Shown here: one piece after another, positions 39,951 to 53,540 of the stretch
Layout of the letters: each line of letters opens with the position of its first letter
Numbering within the stretch: the first letter of the stretch is position 1
Assembly (NCBI RefSeq): GCF_964355755.1
Contig: NC_092679.1
Coordinates: 5,300,201 to 5,364,200 of the forward strand
Length of the DNA stretch: 64,000 bases
DNA from: Antedon mediterranea
Taxonomy: Eukaryota > Animalia > Echinodermata
Reading direction: 5' to 3'
Program-made: the position numbers and the translations under genes
The notes under the pieces: generated by a model
Told to the model about the DNA's origin: nothing
Seen by the model: only the letters and a program-made list of their open reading frames with translations
Database searches by the model: none

Positions 39951-41217
39951 AATTTTCCTTTGAATAATATAACAAGCAATACACATAAGATGGTATCAAA
40001 CTGCAATAAACAATTAAGATACGTTTAAAAAGGTATAAAAATACAAAAAAAAGAAGTAAAAACGCATATTACGAGTGTTAACAGCAAGTCAATGACTACA
40101 GAATGCCTTAAATAAGACGATAATTTCAAACGAAGAAGTTTAAAACCTCCAAATGTAGTTTATTTTTTACAATTTTAACTGAAATTTATATTCTTATATA
40201 TGAATATGTTATCAATTGTTGATTTTGATCTTATTGTGAAGCGCTTTGAACAGCGATATAACAAAATTTATTATATAAACTTCGTTGATACACATCTGTG
40301 GTTGATAAAATTGGAAATGAAATTAAAGTTAACGGCACATAAATTGTAACTATGATTATTTTTACAGAACTCTATGCCTAGATATTTGTTATTTTTATCT
40401 CCTGTCTATCTGTTTTTAATATCAACGAAGTTGTATTATTTTATTTCGCATTGCTTGTATCGAAATATTAAAAGCATTTGCTGGGTACAACTGGCATGCA
40501 AGTGTATTGGGGCTACGGCATGTAACAAGCCTTGGGTTTTCTATAAAGTATTAATCTTACGGAAATAATTTAAAGTGTTATCGCAACGACAACAATGCTT
40601 TCTCCACGCCCTTTCTTTTCCTATTGATACATGATACACATTTCTACTTACCACTATATAAATAAAACTATTAAACTATAACTATTCCTGTATTTTCTGC
40701 ACGTTGCAATAGCTCTCAAAGATATTCAACGAATTTTTACTGCCCTGGCTAAGACACATTTGCAGCCTACGATAATGTTTACTAACTCTTATAAAGACAT
40801 TCGGCAATGGCCTAAAGATGTGTGTACCAGTCAGGAATTTAGTTCACTTACTCGACAATTAAAGAGTCAAATATTTCTAATTTGCACATTAAATACGTGG
40901 TTTTATTTTAACAATATTGTTTTTTTGTCTTTGTAATCATTTTATATCGATAAAGACAAAGATCTCAGGTTTTTATTTTAATATTATGTATTTTCGTTGT
41001 ACAGCATTAACGTGCAATTAAAAAAAATATTGCTTTCTGGACATACGAGCTGATCTTAGTTTTAAATGTTGAATTTAATTAATTAGTTGATTAAATTTAA
41101 GGTTGTTCACCGTAATTCGTTTGTCTCATAATAATGTACGTTAATATACTTCTTGTTTACTAATTTACTAGGCTAACTTCAAATAACTAACAACAACTCA
41201 TTTTTTTAAATAAATTT

Positions 41218-41604
41218 AAATCTTATCCACTGAGCTATTTATTAAATGTTAGATCGATGTATTTTTGCGGTTTCATCCATCTTGTAAAATGTTGTATAAA
41301 ATTACGCCTACCGGTATATCTATAATAATACGTTCACATCAAATATTAACAATATCTCAAAAGGATGATTTTCATGCGAGTGATTTTGTAAACAACTTTA
41401 CGCATAAATAATTTCAAATCTTTATCAACTTTGCTATTTATTAAATGTTAAATCGGTGTATGTTGCGGTTTCATCCATTTTTGGAAATTGTGTGTACAAT
41501 TAGGCATATATAATAATAGTTATCCTAACGTTCATATCAAATATTAAAAATATATCAAAAGGATGATTTTCAAGCGAGTGATGTTGTAAACAACTTTATT
41601 CGCA
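41218..41604. repeat. Diverged ~198-bp tandem duplication
   Basis: 41218-41405 and 41416-41604 share gctatttattaaatgtta, ttgcggtttcatccat, caaaaggatgattttca and tgtaaacaacttta. Confidence 0.9.
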
Positions 41605-44600
41605 AACAGAAAAGCGTAAGATAGCGTACAGAAAGATTACTTTTGATTCTCCGCAGATTTTCGTAAGACATACTGCTCATAAACCCGTCACTGTCCTTCA
41701 ATTCGAAATCAATTCATTTTTGTACAGTTGTCCACAAAAGATTTATTGTTTTTCTAAGTTACAACCAAAGATATTTCTGGATGGAAATATATAGAATAAT
41801 CCAAGCGGTTATCCGCAATAGGAGTTAATAGAAATCAGAGTCAGTAAATAGTTTCATTATCTTAGACAATTTTAGAGTTTGTTCTTATTAAAAGAATAAT
41901 GTATTTCGCTTGGTTTTTTTTTTCATTTTTTCATTATTTTTATACCATATCGTAAGTAGGCCTATCAATGATAATCAAAAGAAAAACGAATTCGAAAAAT
42001 ACAATATAGGACATTTTGCCCGACTACTACACGGCTTTAGTAGTAGGCCTACTTAGTTCCTTTGATTGGCATATCGTAGGCTAGCATTAAGTATGCCGGC
42101 CGGCAGAAATTGGTATGCACAACGCGGTCGTGCCTATGCTTCTATTTCTTTAATTTAACGGTACTTTACTTTCATTGTTGGTATTGTTTATATAATGGAT
42201 ACTATTACATGATCTTAAGAATTCACTCTTGTTTGCAGAATTAACGTTGATCAGTGAAAATTCGTTTAATCCTTTAGAGTGAGTATTCATATTCTTCAGC
42301 CTTCTGAAATCAAATAAATAGTCAAAATAACAAAAATTAATGTTTAAGTAATTCTCTTCATTTACCGTTTAGACACGTCAATACCTCATCTGATAATTAT
42401 ATCTTGACTGTTGTTTTAATAAGTTCAAGTTCAAGATTTTAGGATAAATCTTCGAAATTGTTTACGTTCATGATTTGTCACGTCTTTTGAATATTGCCGT
42501 ATTTGCATAGAGCGTGAATACTCATAATGGCGGATACGTGCTCATAACGAACTTCTTTTACTCATCAAAAACGATTGTCGCTTTCTATTTAATAATTTAT
42601 TTATCTACAATAAAAATGATGGTTTTAAAAGATTCAATTTCATACACAAAATTAAAACATAACATTTCGTTAGAATAGTATTGTCTGCAATTGCGCCAGC
42701 GGTAAATATTGCGAAGAGACTTAAAAGAACGACCTATATTAGGCCTAATTGGCGAGATAATTGACAAATTAGAATTCATATAGACATCATTTTTTCTATC
42801 TCATTCCTGCAGTGCTTAAAGCAACGAGATAATGTTTACAACATACGGGTAACTATTTTTAAATCACAAAATTAATATTCGCTTAAATTATTTTTTTAAT
42901 AGGCTACCTTATACCAAATAGGCCTATCAAGTCTTACAAAAGAAATTATGTGTATTCTGTGAATATACAGATATCGCTATAGTTAATACTGCTAGGTAAC
43001 TCTTGTAATGTAACAGTCTATAAAATACAAAACTGTAACAATATTTTTTTTAACCCGTTTTAACAAAATAGAAAATCAATCAAATTTGTTTTAAAATTAT
43101 TGTAATAAATAAATGAAGGATAAATGAAACAAAATTGATAACATTTTGTGTATAAACATGATAAATTCGTTTATATTAAACCTGGTTAAAATGTCTACGG
43201 CTCGGTATTATATAAGCATGCTGTATTCCATCATAATTCTAGTCTATGTAGGTTTTTTTAGTCGTAAAACACTGGTTTTAATTTATATAACCTAAATTTC
43301 GATTACCACGTTGAAGTTAGTAGAATATCACCACCTATATCGATTACATTAAAATGAACAATAACAGTGGTGGCCTATGATCGATTAATCATACATGTAT
43401 CTGACGAATTTTAATTAATATTAAATTTGAAAACAATTTCATAGATTCAATGTAGTAATAGGTTATCAAAATCATCTATTATTATAATTCATAATATAAT
43501 TTTATTTTTAAAGGAGCATATGGTGTATAAAATTACGACAGAATTTGTTAAATTTAAGGTAAGTTAAACTGTTTTAGACCTGTAGGACTATGGTAAATAC
43601 AAAAACAAATGTCCAACGATACCAATATAACGGTTATTATTTCACTATGTATCACTTTATTGTCTTAGAGCATTGAAACTACAATTGTGTGATCTATCAA
43701 ATCAGATACAAATGTATTAAAACCATGCTACTCCTGAGAAGCGTAAGGAGGCTACATTAAAATAAACAGAACAGTTGGTGGAGTACGGTAATGATAGTTC
43801 TAACTTTCTAATCACAGTATACTACCGTACATTACAACACATTGTTTATTCACAACAAGAAAATACACAACACACGATCCATAAAAAATCATTAAACTGA
43901 GTTAGTTTCGTCTCTCTGATGATCTCCTTCTCTCTCTTCTGACGGAGGGAAACATATTTCGGTACTTTTGGATGAAATGAAAAATGAACAATGAAATAGA
44001 ATTAAGTTACATAAATCTATTTTACCATTCATCATACACACTACTACAGTTCATCGCATCCATTTCATCGGTAAGTAGGAGGAGAGGACAAACTAAACTA
44101 GGCCCATCCATGAAGTTCAAACTCGTATAAAATCGTCGGTCGGTTACCGTATCCAGGGCCGTTTGCCACTAATATGTAACGACATCCCGAGAGGATGGAC
44201 ATCAAATAGTCAAAACCTTAAAATTTCAAATAAACTACTGAATGGCCGTCAATCACTTTGACCAATAGAAAAGAAAAGTAGTTCCATACTTTTAAAGGAC
44301 AAAATTAGTAGGTTTGCGAACTTTTTTGGCATGGATCAGGGATTCTGACAATGTGTTCAATGACGATTTCCGATTTAATATGACAGCCATTTTGAAATAC
44401 TGAGTACGTGGTCGAATGGGTTTTTTTTAACTATGGATGTTGGTCATATCACAAAATATATTTAGTATTTTAAACAATTAAAAAAATATATATATATTCG
44501 AATTTTAAACAGATTTTGAGAGTTTCTTTTATATATTATTATTATAGTACAGAAAAATCTGTTGGGTCTCGCAGCTTTTTATATTTTTACTCACACTTTA

Positions 44601-46889
44601 TCTGGATAACAATAAAAACCCTACTTTACTTTTGACTTTAGTAAATAAACTTTTCAATATTTTTAATGCAGTGTAAGTATGTAGATGTATAGATAGAGAA
44701 ATGTGTATTTATGCCGCCTTTGAAACCGGCTACATCAATCAAATCTAGCTATATAAAGTTCCAATAAAAACATATCCAAACTTTAGAGATACTATAGTAA
44801 GCACTAGGCTTTCCTGCAAATAGTTTTTGTTAATGACATTGGCTAACCATACATGTTATTCAAACATCTCTGCGTACGGCACTCATATTTCACCTAACTT
44901 TAAAAAGATGCAGTCGAGTGAAAGTCATTTGCGAATTATGAAACTCGATTCTGTGAAGAACAAACGGTTCTATGTTTATCCACACTGCTATATTATATAT
45001 TTAGTTTTAGGCCAGAAATGAGTTAAACTATACCTGTACCAGCATTTAAAACAGTACGAGGAACTTATAGAAAGAAACTTCATTCATAATTTTAGTGTTA
45101 AATTTAAAACAAGCTACAATGTTGGTACAGAGTTTGCTAATTTATCCAAATAAAAAAAATGAAATAAAATGGTATAGACCTACTTAGAAAACCAGTGAAT
45201 AAAAACATTTGACAAAGTTACACGTACTTGTTCATAACACCGTACAAGGCAAACAGAACTGTAAACCCACACCAACGTTAAATAAAGTAGAGAGATAGTT
45301 TACTTTAAAACTTAAGGTCTACTGCCAATCATTGAAATTAATCTATTCAATTAATGTACCATATGTTATGAAACTTACTATTACGACTAGCAAGAAGTGG
45401 TCATAGAATCTGGTGTAAAATCAGGTCGCTTTCAAATATAACGTCAACTCAAAAATCAAACTTTGGATAAATTTCGTCAAAAGTGGGTTGTGAATTGTTT
45501 ATTTTAAGTCTAATAGGCAGGAATTAGTGTGGAAATAAATGGGATATCTTACCCAAGGTGTCATCTTAACCGTAACATTCACTCATCTGCACATTATACA
45601 TGCATTAAAACGGATAAATACAACAAATATTGCCGGTTTTGAAAGATCAAACCACACGCACGCAATGTTTGTAAAACTTTTTAAAACGATTTTATTGATG
45701 GATTCTGTTAATTGACTGCAGTTCAAGTCATCTCACCTGTCCACATGTCTAAATTAGTCTTGATTTGTTGAAAATGTTCATGTTGAATTCAGCAATAGTT
45801 CAAAAGAGACCTTGATGAAACTTGTAACCGGTTTACGCTAAGTAAAGAACGTGTGTTTAGCAGATGATATTCAAGCGACTCTACAACATATTTCCATTTT
45901 CTATTGATGCGAAATCGTTAACAATTTAAACTAATGTAAATCTTTTCTAGTTTAAATCGCCTCAATAATAGCTAAAGTCTGCAATTAATTTATATTAAGG
46001 AAATGAAAACTAACATTTAAACTCAGTTTACATTAACTAACTACAGCAATTAAATAACCAAAATTTTAGAGCCTGTACTGGAATGGTGAGTAAACAAACG
46101 TGTTTTTTAAGCATGATTGTATATAAAAACTGTCCATATTGTAAAACAATTTTTTCTATTAGAATTAGCTGGCGTTACATAAAATACTATAGTATATAAT
46201 TCAAATATATTAAATACTATACTGTAGTTTCTTTAACACTATATAGTTTATAGTTTAAAAGTAATTTATACGGTACAAATTGTTTTTCGGTTTATATTAT
46301 CCTATATTACTCACAGGGTGTAAAATTGGTGCTATTTTAAGTTTGACTGCAATACAAATGTTGCTCTATTTGAGGTTGATGACAAATATGGATATGAATA
46401 GCAAGGTTGTGTCATGTAATACATATTCAAGCTGTTACCATACAAGCTAGATATATATTAGTAAAGACACAACATGGTCAACCGATCGTGTAATATTGTT
46501 TGATGCACTGAATTTGAGTTGATGAATCTGTGTCATCTAGACACTCGTCAACCCTCCTTGTTTCCCTGTCAGACTGTAATCAACATCAATTATTATTTAC
46601 TCCACCCTTATATTAGATATGAAGGGATTCGAAATTGGCTTTGACAATAATTATGTTAAACTTAGTTTTATATAATATATGCCTATTCCTACATGATTTA
46701 GGTCATTGTATTATATATTTTTTTAACCACATTTTAATGAGGGTGATCCATTGCTGGATGATCCAGCAATTGCTGATCATTATAGACTCTAGGCTCACAA
46801 GACAAACATATACACAAGATGCTCTACATAAACAAAGTCGTATTACAAGTCTTTGGGAGTGGGGTTGTAATTTTGTCCGTAAAAAAAAT

Positions 46890-46965
46890 CCTGACATGTG
46901 ACAGGACTTAAGCCCAGGACCCGTGGAGTGGTAGCCAAGCATCATAATCACCAAGCCACAACTCA
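46890..46965 (-). mobile_element. Degenerate tRNA-like SINE head
   Basis: Minus strand: TGGCTTGGTGA (A-box-like) and GGGCTTAAGTCC (decayed B box). Confidence 0.3.
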
Positions 46966-49900
46966 ACTTATTAACTATAATAAATTAAAGTTTTATTCCT
47001 AAAAATAAAATTGTTCTATTATGGAAATAAGTTTGACCTTTGGTTACTTTTTTGTGTTACCCTGAATTCATTCTTTGTATTTTTTTTTTTTATGTTGTGT
47101 TATTTTATGAATTCGAATAAAGAAATGAAAAAAAAAATATATTGGCTGTATTTAAAAACGTTTCATCAAATGCTCAAACATGTATTTCTAGTATGATTTC
47201 ATACTTTTCTGCAACATATACTGTGTTGTCCTATAGTCAACCGCTTCTTAATTATTCACTAGCTAACCATGGCCGTCACCTCTGAATCTCCGGTGTCAAA
47301 TGCATTAATTTAATACCAGTTACGGTTACAAAGTTAACAAGACTGAATTTGTGGCGGTTGTATGCTTTTATAAACACCGACAGAAGTTATGTGAACAGAA
47401 GAAAATGAACAAAACCACAAATTAGAAAGATAAATTAGTACTTTGCCAATTTCCTGGAAAACTTTTTCGATGCTGCAAAGATTTTAAGAATCAATTTCTG
47501 GTGAATGAAAATGAAACAATGAAAAAATTTGTTTGGTGTTTTTGTTAAATATTTCAAAAAGGTGTTTCTGGAAGGTTCTACTATTACTGGTTTTTAAGAT
47601 TTAACTTTTAATTTAAAAACTTGGATAACATTTCAAATAAATCACTTTTTTAATTGTAAATTTAGAAATAACTGTACACTTCGTGTAGAAATCTTTTTTC
47701 TCTCTTTAGAGGGCGTGATGCAAACATGAACCCGAACGGGTACGTCTACCAACAGGGTATTTAATCTTCTACTAGGAGGAAAGTCGGCCGATGACTCTTA
47801 AAGGTCGTTGAACGTGGGATATAACGACCGTCTGGCCCTATGGGTCGTCAGAAATTGATATATTTGGCGACTGGTCAAATCACTCAAATTTCTTTGGGTC
47901 AAGTTATTATTTTTATTATACAGTGTAAATCATTGCACACGTTTTGAATTGTATTACTTTCCAAACCAATCAACACACACATAAACTAAATCACCCATTC
48001 GACACATTTCCTTTTCGCTATGCGATACTTTAAATTGCAGAAACAAAAGAATTCACCATATAAAGCCGATGTAATCTGTTATTAGGCCTGCACATGGTGG
48101 TGGTAGCAGAAGAATGAGTGAAAGTGATTAGTAGGCTGGTTCTTTCTACTAAAGTGGTTTTAAACGACTTCTATACGTTGTTGGATCAGTATCCATTCGT
48201 CTTAGAACGAATGTTAATTCCTTCTCAGGGGGTTTTAGTTTATTTTTAGAACGAGCAACGTATGAGCTAGTCCACACAGTACCCATTGGGAGTTGAATAT
48301 TAAGAAAATCAAAAATCTTATTCTTTTGATATCAATATTAGTTTATGTTTACTGTTTTCGCATATAAAAAGAGAACAGATTATTTTGCTGTTACTACTTC
48401 TTAAATGTTATAATATGTACTATTTTGAATTATTGTACGTGAGCCAGTGGCCTACATACTATTGAATAATTGAATTAATGAATGCATACCAGTTTTTCAA
48501 TATCTTGATATTACAACAATGTACATTTATGTCATAATTGGTTTGATGTTTAGATGAAATACTAGAAAGAAAAATGTATATTTTATGAAATGGAAGTAAC
48601 TATTACTTGTTTTTTTAAAGATTTAACTTAACAACGTATTAAATTAGTTTTAATAATAACAATGTACATCTTTGTCATCAATTACGAGAATAAGAACATC
48701 AAAAAGCGAATTCGTATTTTACGAATTAAAGAATTAATCCATAATTAAGTAGCGTAGTTAGTCTAAATATGGAGAAGAAATTACCAACAAGTTTCTTCCA
48801 AATATGTATAGCGGCCCTTGCCGAATTTGAAGCTGGGGGGGCCAGGGCATAAACATTGTAGAACTGAGTGCTCAACTTAACTTCTATCTTTTGCATTGTC
48901 ATTTTTCAAACTAATTGATAGCATTGCTCTGAAGAATTGTGTATCAAAAAGTTGACCAATAAGTAAATCTGACACATGGACATTAGTTCATCAGCAGTAG
49001 TTAAGCTTCGATCAGTCATTCTCATTCAGTTTCTATTAAAATACGTATATCAAACGTAATAATTACAGTCGCCTCGCATATCGCATCTCAACAAAGTTAA
49101 CAGCACACGCGAACACTACAATATAGATTTTCAATTTTAACCATTTTAAAAGGTTTCTAGCCACGTTTTTATTGAAATACAAATCGTAAAGATATTTGTT
49201 GCACAAATATTAGTTGCTCGATTGCAAGATAGTTTAAAAGACATCAAGCTTAGTCACTATAAAGATTTACTCGAAGCAATATTTTGGTTTTTATTTCAAA
49301 TAATAAATGTGTCAGATTAACTTTTTATTATTGACACTTGTGAAAAGTAACGGTCCACTTAATCTAAATGATCATCGTGTAATATTTCAAGTTTTGAGAA
49401 GCAGAATTAAATACGTTGTTTCCAATTCTTTAGCACGTACAAAATCATCTATCGTTTGTACGGGCGCATAATTACTTCACCGTGTGTTCTACACTTTATA
49501 TAATTCTTATTTGCGCGTACACAATGTAACATCTATCATCATAGTTTGTACGCGCGTGTCAAGATTGTGTTGCAGTGTACATTTTTGTGGTGAATGGCGT
49601 TTGCACCTGTCTATGAACCGACTATTACGTATATTTACGCCAAATTTGGCGCTTGTAGACCACTTACGACAAGAGATAATCGAACGGATCATAGTAATAA
49701 CACCCGGGTGACTTATGTGTTTTATTTTTGAACTGAGGACCTCTGTATAAACCCAGTGGGATTGCCATCTTTACGAAATGACCAATCATTAATGGTTCCT
49801 TTGTAAATTAAATGCGTCTTATATATCGTTTAGTGGTGAATCTCCGATTGACGAGGTGTCCATAAACGATTTAAAATACGATGACGTCATGATATAATAG

Positions 49901-52900
49901 TTGCAGATTATATGACAGCCTTTTTTTTTATTGATCAACATCATTGAGTAAAATGTATTTTTAGCTTACGCTGAAATCCCGATACACTATTGATGCCTTA
50001 TTTAATCAATTGTATTATTTCATTAAAGGCGAATTTTAGCACAGTTTCTCTAAAGCACTCAACTATCATTTGTTGAAACTTAGTCTACTATGGGTTGTCA
50101 AAGAACAATGTCAATCCAATTTTAGGATGATCAATATTGTTTCATATTGTAATTAAATATCTGTTTTACTCAATTCCCAATGTAAATAAGCGCATTACTT
50201 AAGCACCGTTGCTCTACACCATCGTGGTAAATTACGGTACGGACTTAAATTAACAATTGCGGTTCATACGATTTATTAACATGGCATATTGAACATTTTT
50301 TAAATGTAGCTTTATTATGGTTGAGTTAATTTAAGTTAATCTGATGTTTTGTTTTTTACAGGAAAGAGTATAATTCGTTGGGGAGCATTTGTTAAACGCG
50401 TCAACTGGTTAAATATGCATCCGCTGAACGCCTGCATTCAAGACAGCATGACGCAGTCCTTCTATAACATTCTTAGCTTTGAGTTGTGATAATCCGTACA
50501 AATATCGTTTATCATTATAAACTCAACAGAAGATGTTTTACAGATTAAGTCTTTTTTCGGCAGTTGTGAAGGAAGGCTTTAATGTTATTTATGAAATAAC
50601 TTTAATCAGTAGACAAATCTGTGAACTTAATGGTGGCATGCATTGAATCTGATTGAACTCTGTCCATCTGCCAATCAAAATGATTTATTAATGAAGCCTT
50701 TTGTCTAAATTTAAACACATATGGTGTGAGATTCATAACTTGTTAAGAATGCTATAATATTGTAATGTCACATTATATGGTAAATACTCAGGCTACATTA
50801 GGCCTATATATGAGTTCTTTTTAAATAGGCCTAATCATTTAAAATCGTTGTAAACAATTTATATTTTTATATTTCAGTTCAGAACTTTCAACGGTTCTAG
50901 GCCTAAAACAAACACAGGCTATATTTTAGGTCTATATTTTCTGCTATTAACTCCGCAAAGTATAGGACCTAATTTGATAGGCGTAACTTTAGAAAAGTTA
51001 CTTAACTTTCATTCTAGTATTTCGACATTAAAGTCCGTAGTTGATGAATAAATGATTATAATTTAATAATTGTTGTTTGTATATTATCTTAATGAATTCT
51101 AGTTATAATTCAAATTGAATGTAATGCCTATTTCCAATATGTTGTTGATTGATATAGCCTATTATACACTCAATAGTTTGTTACCGCTTTTTCCAAAGTA
51201 TATTACCACGCGGTTGAAGAACTACACATTGATTATCGTTCACCAACTTCTTATTTTGGTTACTTGATATTTAGATAATTTTTCACTGACCTTGTTTTCA
51301 TCATGAAACAGTAAAGTCAATATTTTTTCTATACCATAGTGTTGAATAGCAGACTATAATATGAAGGGACATACGGTTGTGAATAAAATGATACGTAACA
51401 CCATACTAAAATTACGCGCGCTTATTCAATTTATCGTCTGTGCGTGTTAAGTGTGATACTTATCCTAAGTATGTCAACACACATTAATTCTAAATTTAAA
51501 ACGTCGACATTTTGATAGCATTTCTTCGATAATTGTTTAAAAATCTCAAATTTACACATGATCAATTAGATAACTTCTAAACCCATCAAGCAGCCTACGT
51601 TATTTCCTTACTATTTCAGAAATTCTCAGCGCAAAAAAACGTGCTAAAATGGAGAAGTTAGAAAATATGTCAATATATATTAATGATCTATGAAATATTT
51701 GACATATCATTTTTGTAATCGAAAATTGTTGAAGAAACTTGGATTAATAAAGTGGTATATGATATTGCTGTCCAGTTAAGATATCTTGAAATGACCTAGG
51801 CCTACATCTACGTCTTTTGAGACTTTTACCAAAACTGCCGCAGTCAGAGAATTAACTTTGATATATTGTGGTATAAGATTATTATAGGTCTAACTATATT
51901 TTGTTACTGCAATTGTACAATGCAATTAAAAGTGTGAGAAAGGCAGGAATTGATCCCATGACCCTAGGATTTAGGCCAATGAAAGGATATTGAAACTTGG
52001 CCGGTAGAGGGAGTAAGTTTAACGGTTGGTTTACCTACAATTTGATATAGGCCTATGGCACTCACCACTGATTCAAATTAAAAACAATAGCACGAACTGT
52101 GTGAGAGAATTGAATAATATTAGCCAATTATTAAAACATCACGATATATGGGTCGTTTTGTATGGAAATAAATATCTAAAATTCACTAATGTTACATAGT
52201 AAACACGAATAGTACTATGGTTTCTAAAATTGAACTTGCTTGAACCTACAGTTATAGTTAGTTATACTTGCAAACAAAATAAATAAAAATTTAATACTGG
52301 AAAATGTCTTACTTTTCACCTAAAATGGTTTTATTCCGGATGTCCAGGCCTGATTTTTTCTTTCAAATAAATCCACCGGAAATGAAGCATCTTCTGAGAG
52401 CCGGTTAGAGAGCTTTTTTCAGCTGTAACAAAATTATTCTGAACAGAATATGGCCAAGGTTATTTCCACTAAGTTATGCATGATACCAAAACTTGTGTTA
52501 TTTATTTATTATAGTCACATTCCCTAAAACTAAATGGTTAACCTCAAATTATTGTCCTACAAATTTAAAAACATAATTGGCAATATATAAAGTAAGCCTA
52601 TTGGTAATACTAATCATGCCGATTTGTTATTCTTTATACTCAACTTACTAACAATTATCGAGAATGTGTTCTGAAAAATATTCTATTTTTGGCGCATTAC
52701 CGCAGTCAATTTAGACGTGTATACATAGTAGCATTAGACCTACCATTCATTCATGATTTGTTAGTGAAGTATGTCTATATGACCCGGTTTTACCATTGTT
52801 GATTTCGTATATCATGACAAGAAAAACATTGTCGAATACGGGTGTTAAATGAGGCGTTGGAAGTGATGAAAACACGCAAAATGACTTCTCACAATGAAAC

Positions 52901-53282
52901 TTGGCAAAGCAATTAACCTCAGCTTCAGATAAAACATGGACTGAAATGATTAGAAATACTGATACAGAACCAATGGTTAATAGCTTTCGTATCCGTTTTC
53001 ATTGTGGAAGTTGGAGAAAACGCAGACGAGAGATGGATAAGTATACAAAGCAGACAAGCATGAATTGACGTGAAATCGTGGAGGTTCAAAAGAGGAAGAT
53101 AAATGATCTAGTCCGAATCTAAGGACTAGTAAAAAGCATTAACAATTTACCAGTAAACAGTATCTATTTCTATCAAAGCATAGTTAATTTATAATCGATG
53201 CTAATTATCTTAAAGTTAAATATCATGTATTAAGTAATGATACCTATATTACTACAGAACAGAGTGAAATGTCACTCTTTCC

Positions 53283-53540
53283 ATTCACTCTTTCCGGATT
53301 ACAAAACATATATTCAATTAACTGCTATTAATGATTAAACAAAGATCTCTTTATATCGCATGTAGGGTGTTTTTTTTCTTCTCTTTTTTTAGATTTAACA
53401 AAAATGTGAAATATCTTCCTATTCATTCTTTCCTGATTACAAAAAGTAGGCCTATATTCAATTAACTGCCATTAAACAAAGATCTCTTTATATCGCATAC
53501 GGTAGGGTGTTTTTTCCTCCTTTTTTTAGATTTAACAACA
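53283..53540. repeat. Diverged ~138-bp tandem duplication
   Basis: attca.tctttcc.gattacaaaa...tattcaattaactgc...attaaacaaagatctctttatatcgcat...gtagggtgttttt...agatttaacaa occurs twice. Confidence 0.9.

Noticed and set aside
43905-43965. CTGATGA...GAAAC, a possible second hammerhead
   Set aside because: No pairing stem I and no correctly placed stem III/UH site; stem II closure is non-canonical.
43690-44205. Possible solo LTR
   Set aside because: No TG...CA boundaries with a matching TSD and no second copy in the window.
3638-47829. GGTCGT...ACGACC hairpins at ~3638, ~17504 and ~47803
   Set aside because: Stems are only 6-7 bp with unrelated loops and flanks; not distinguishable from chance.
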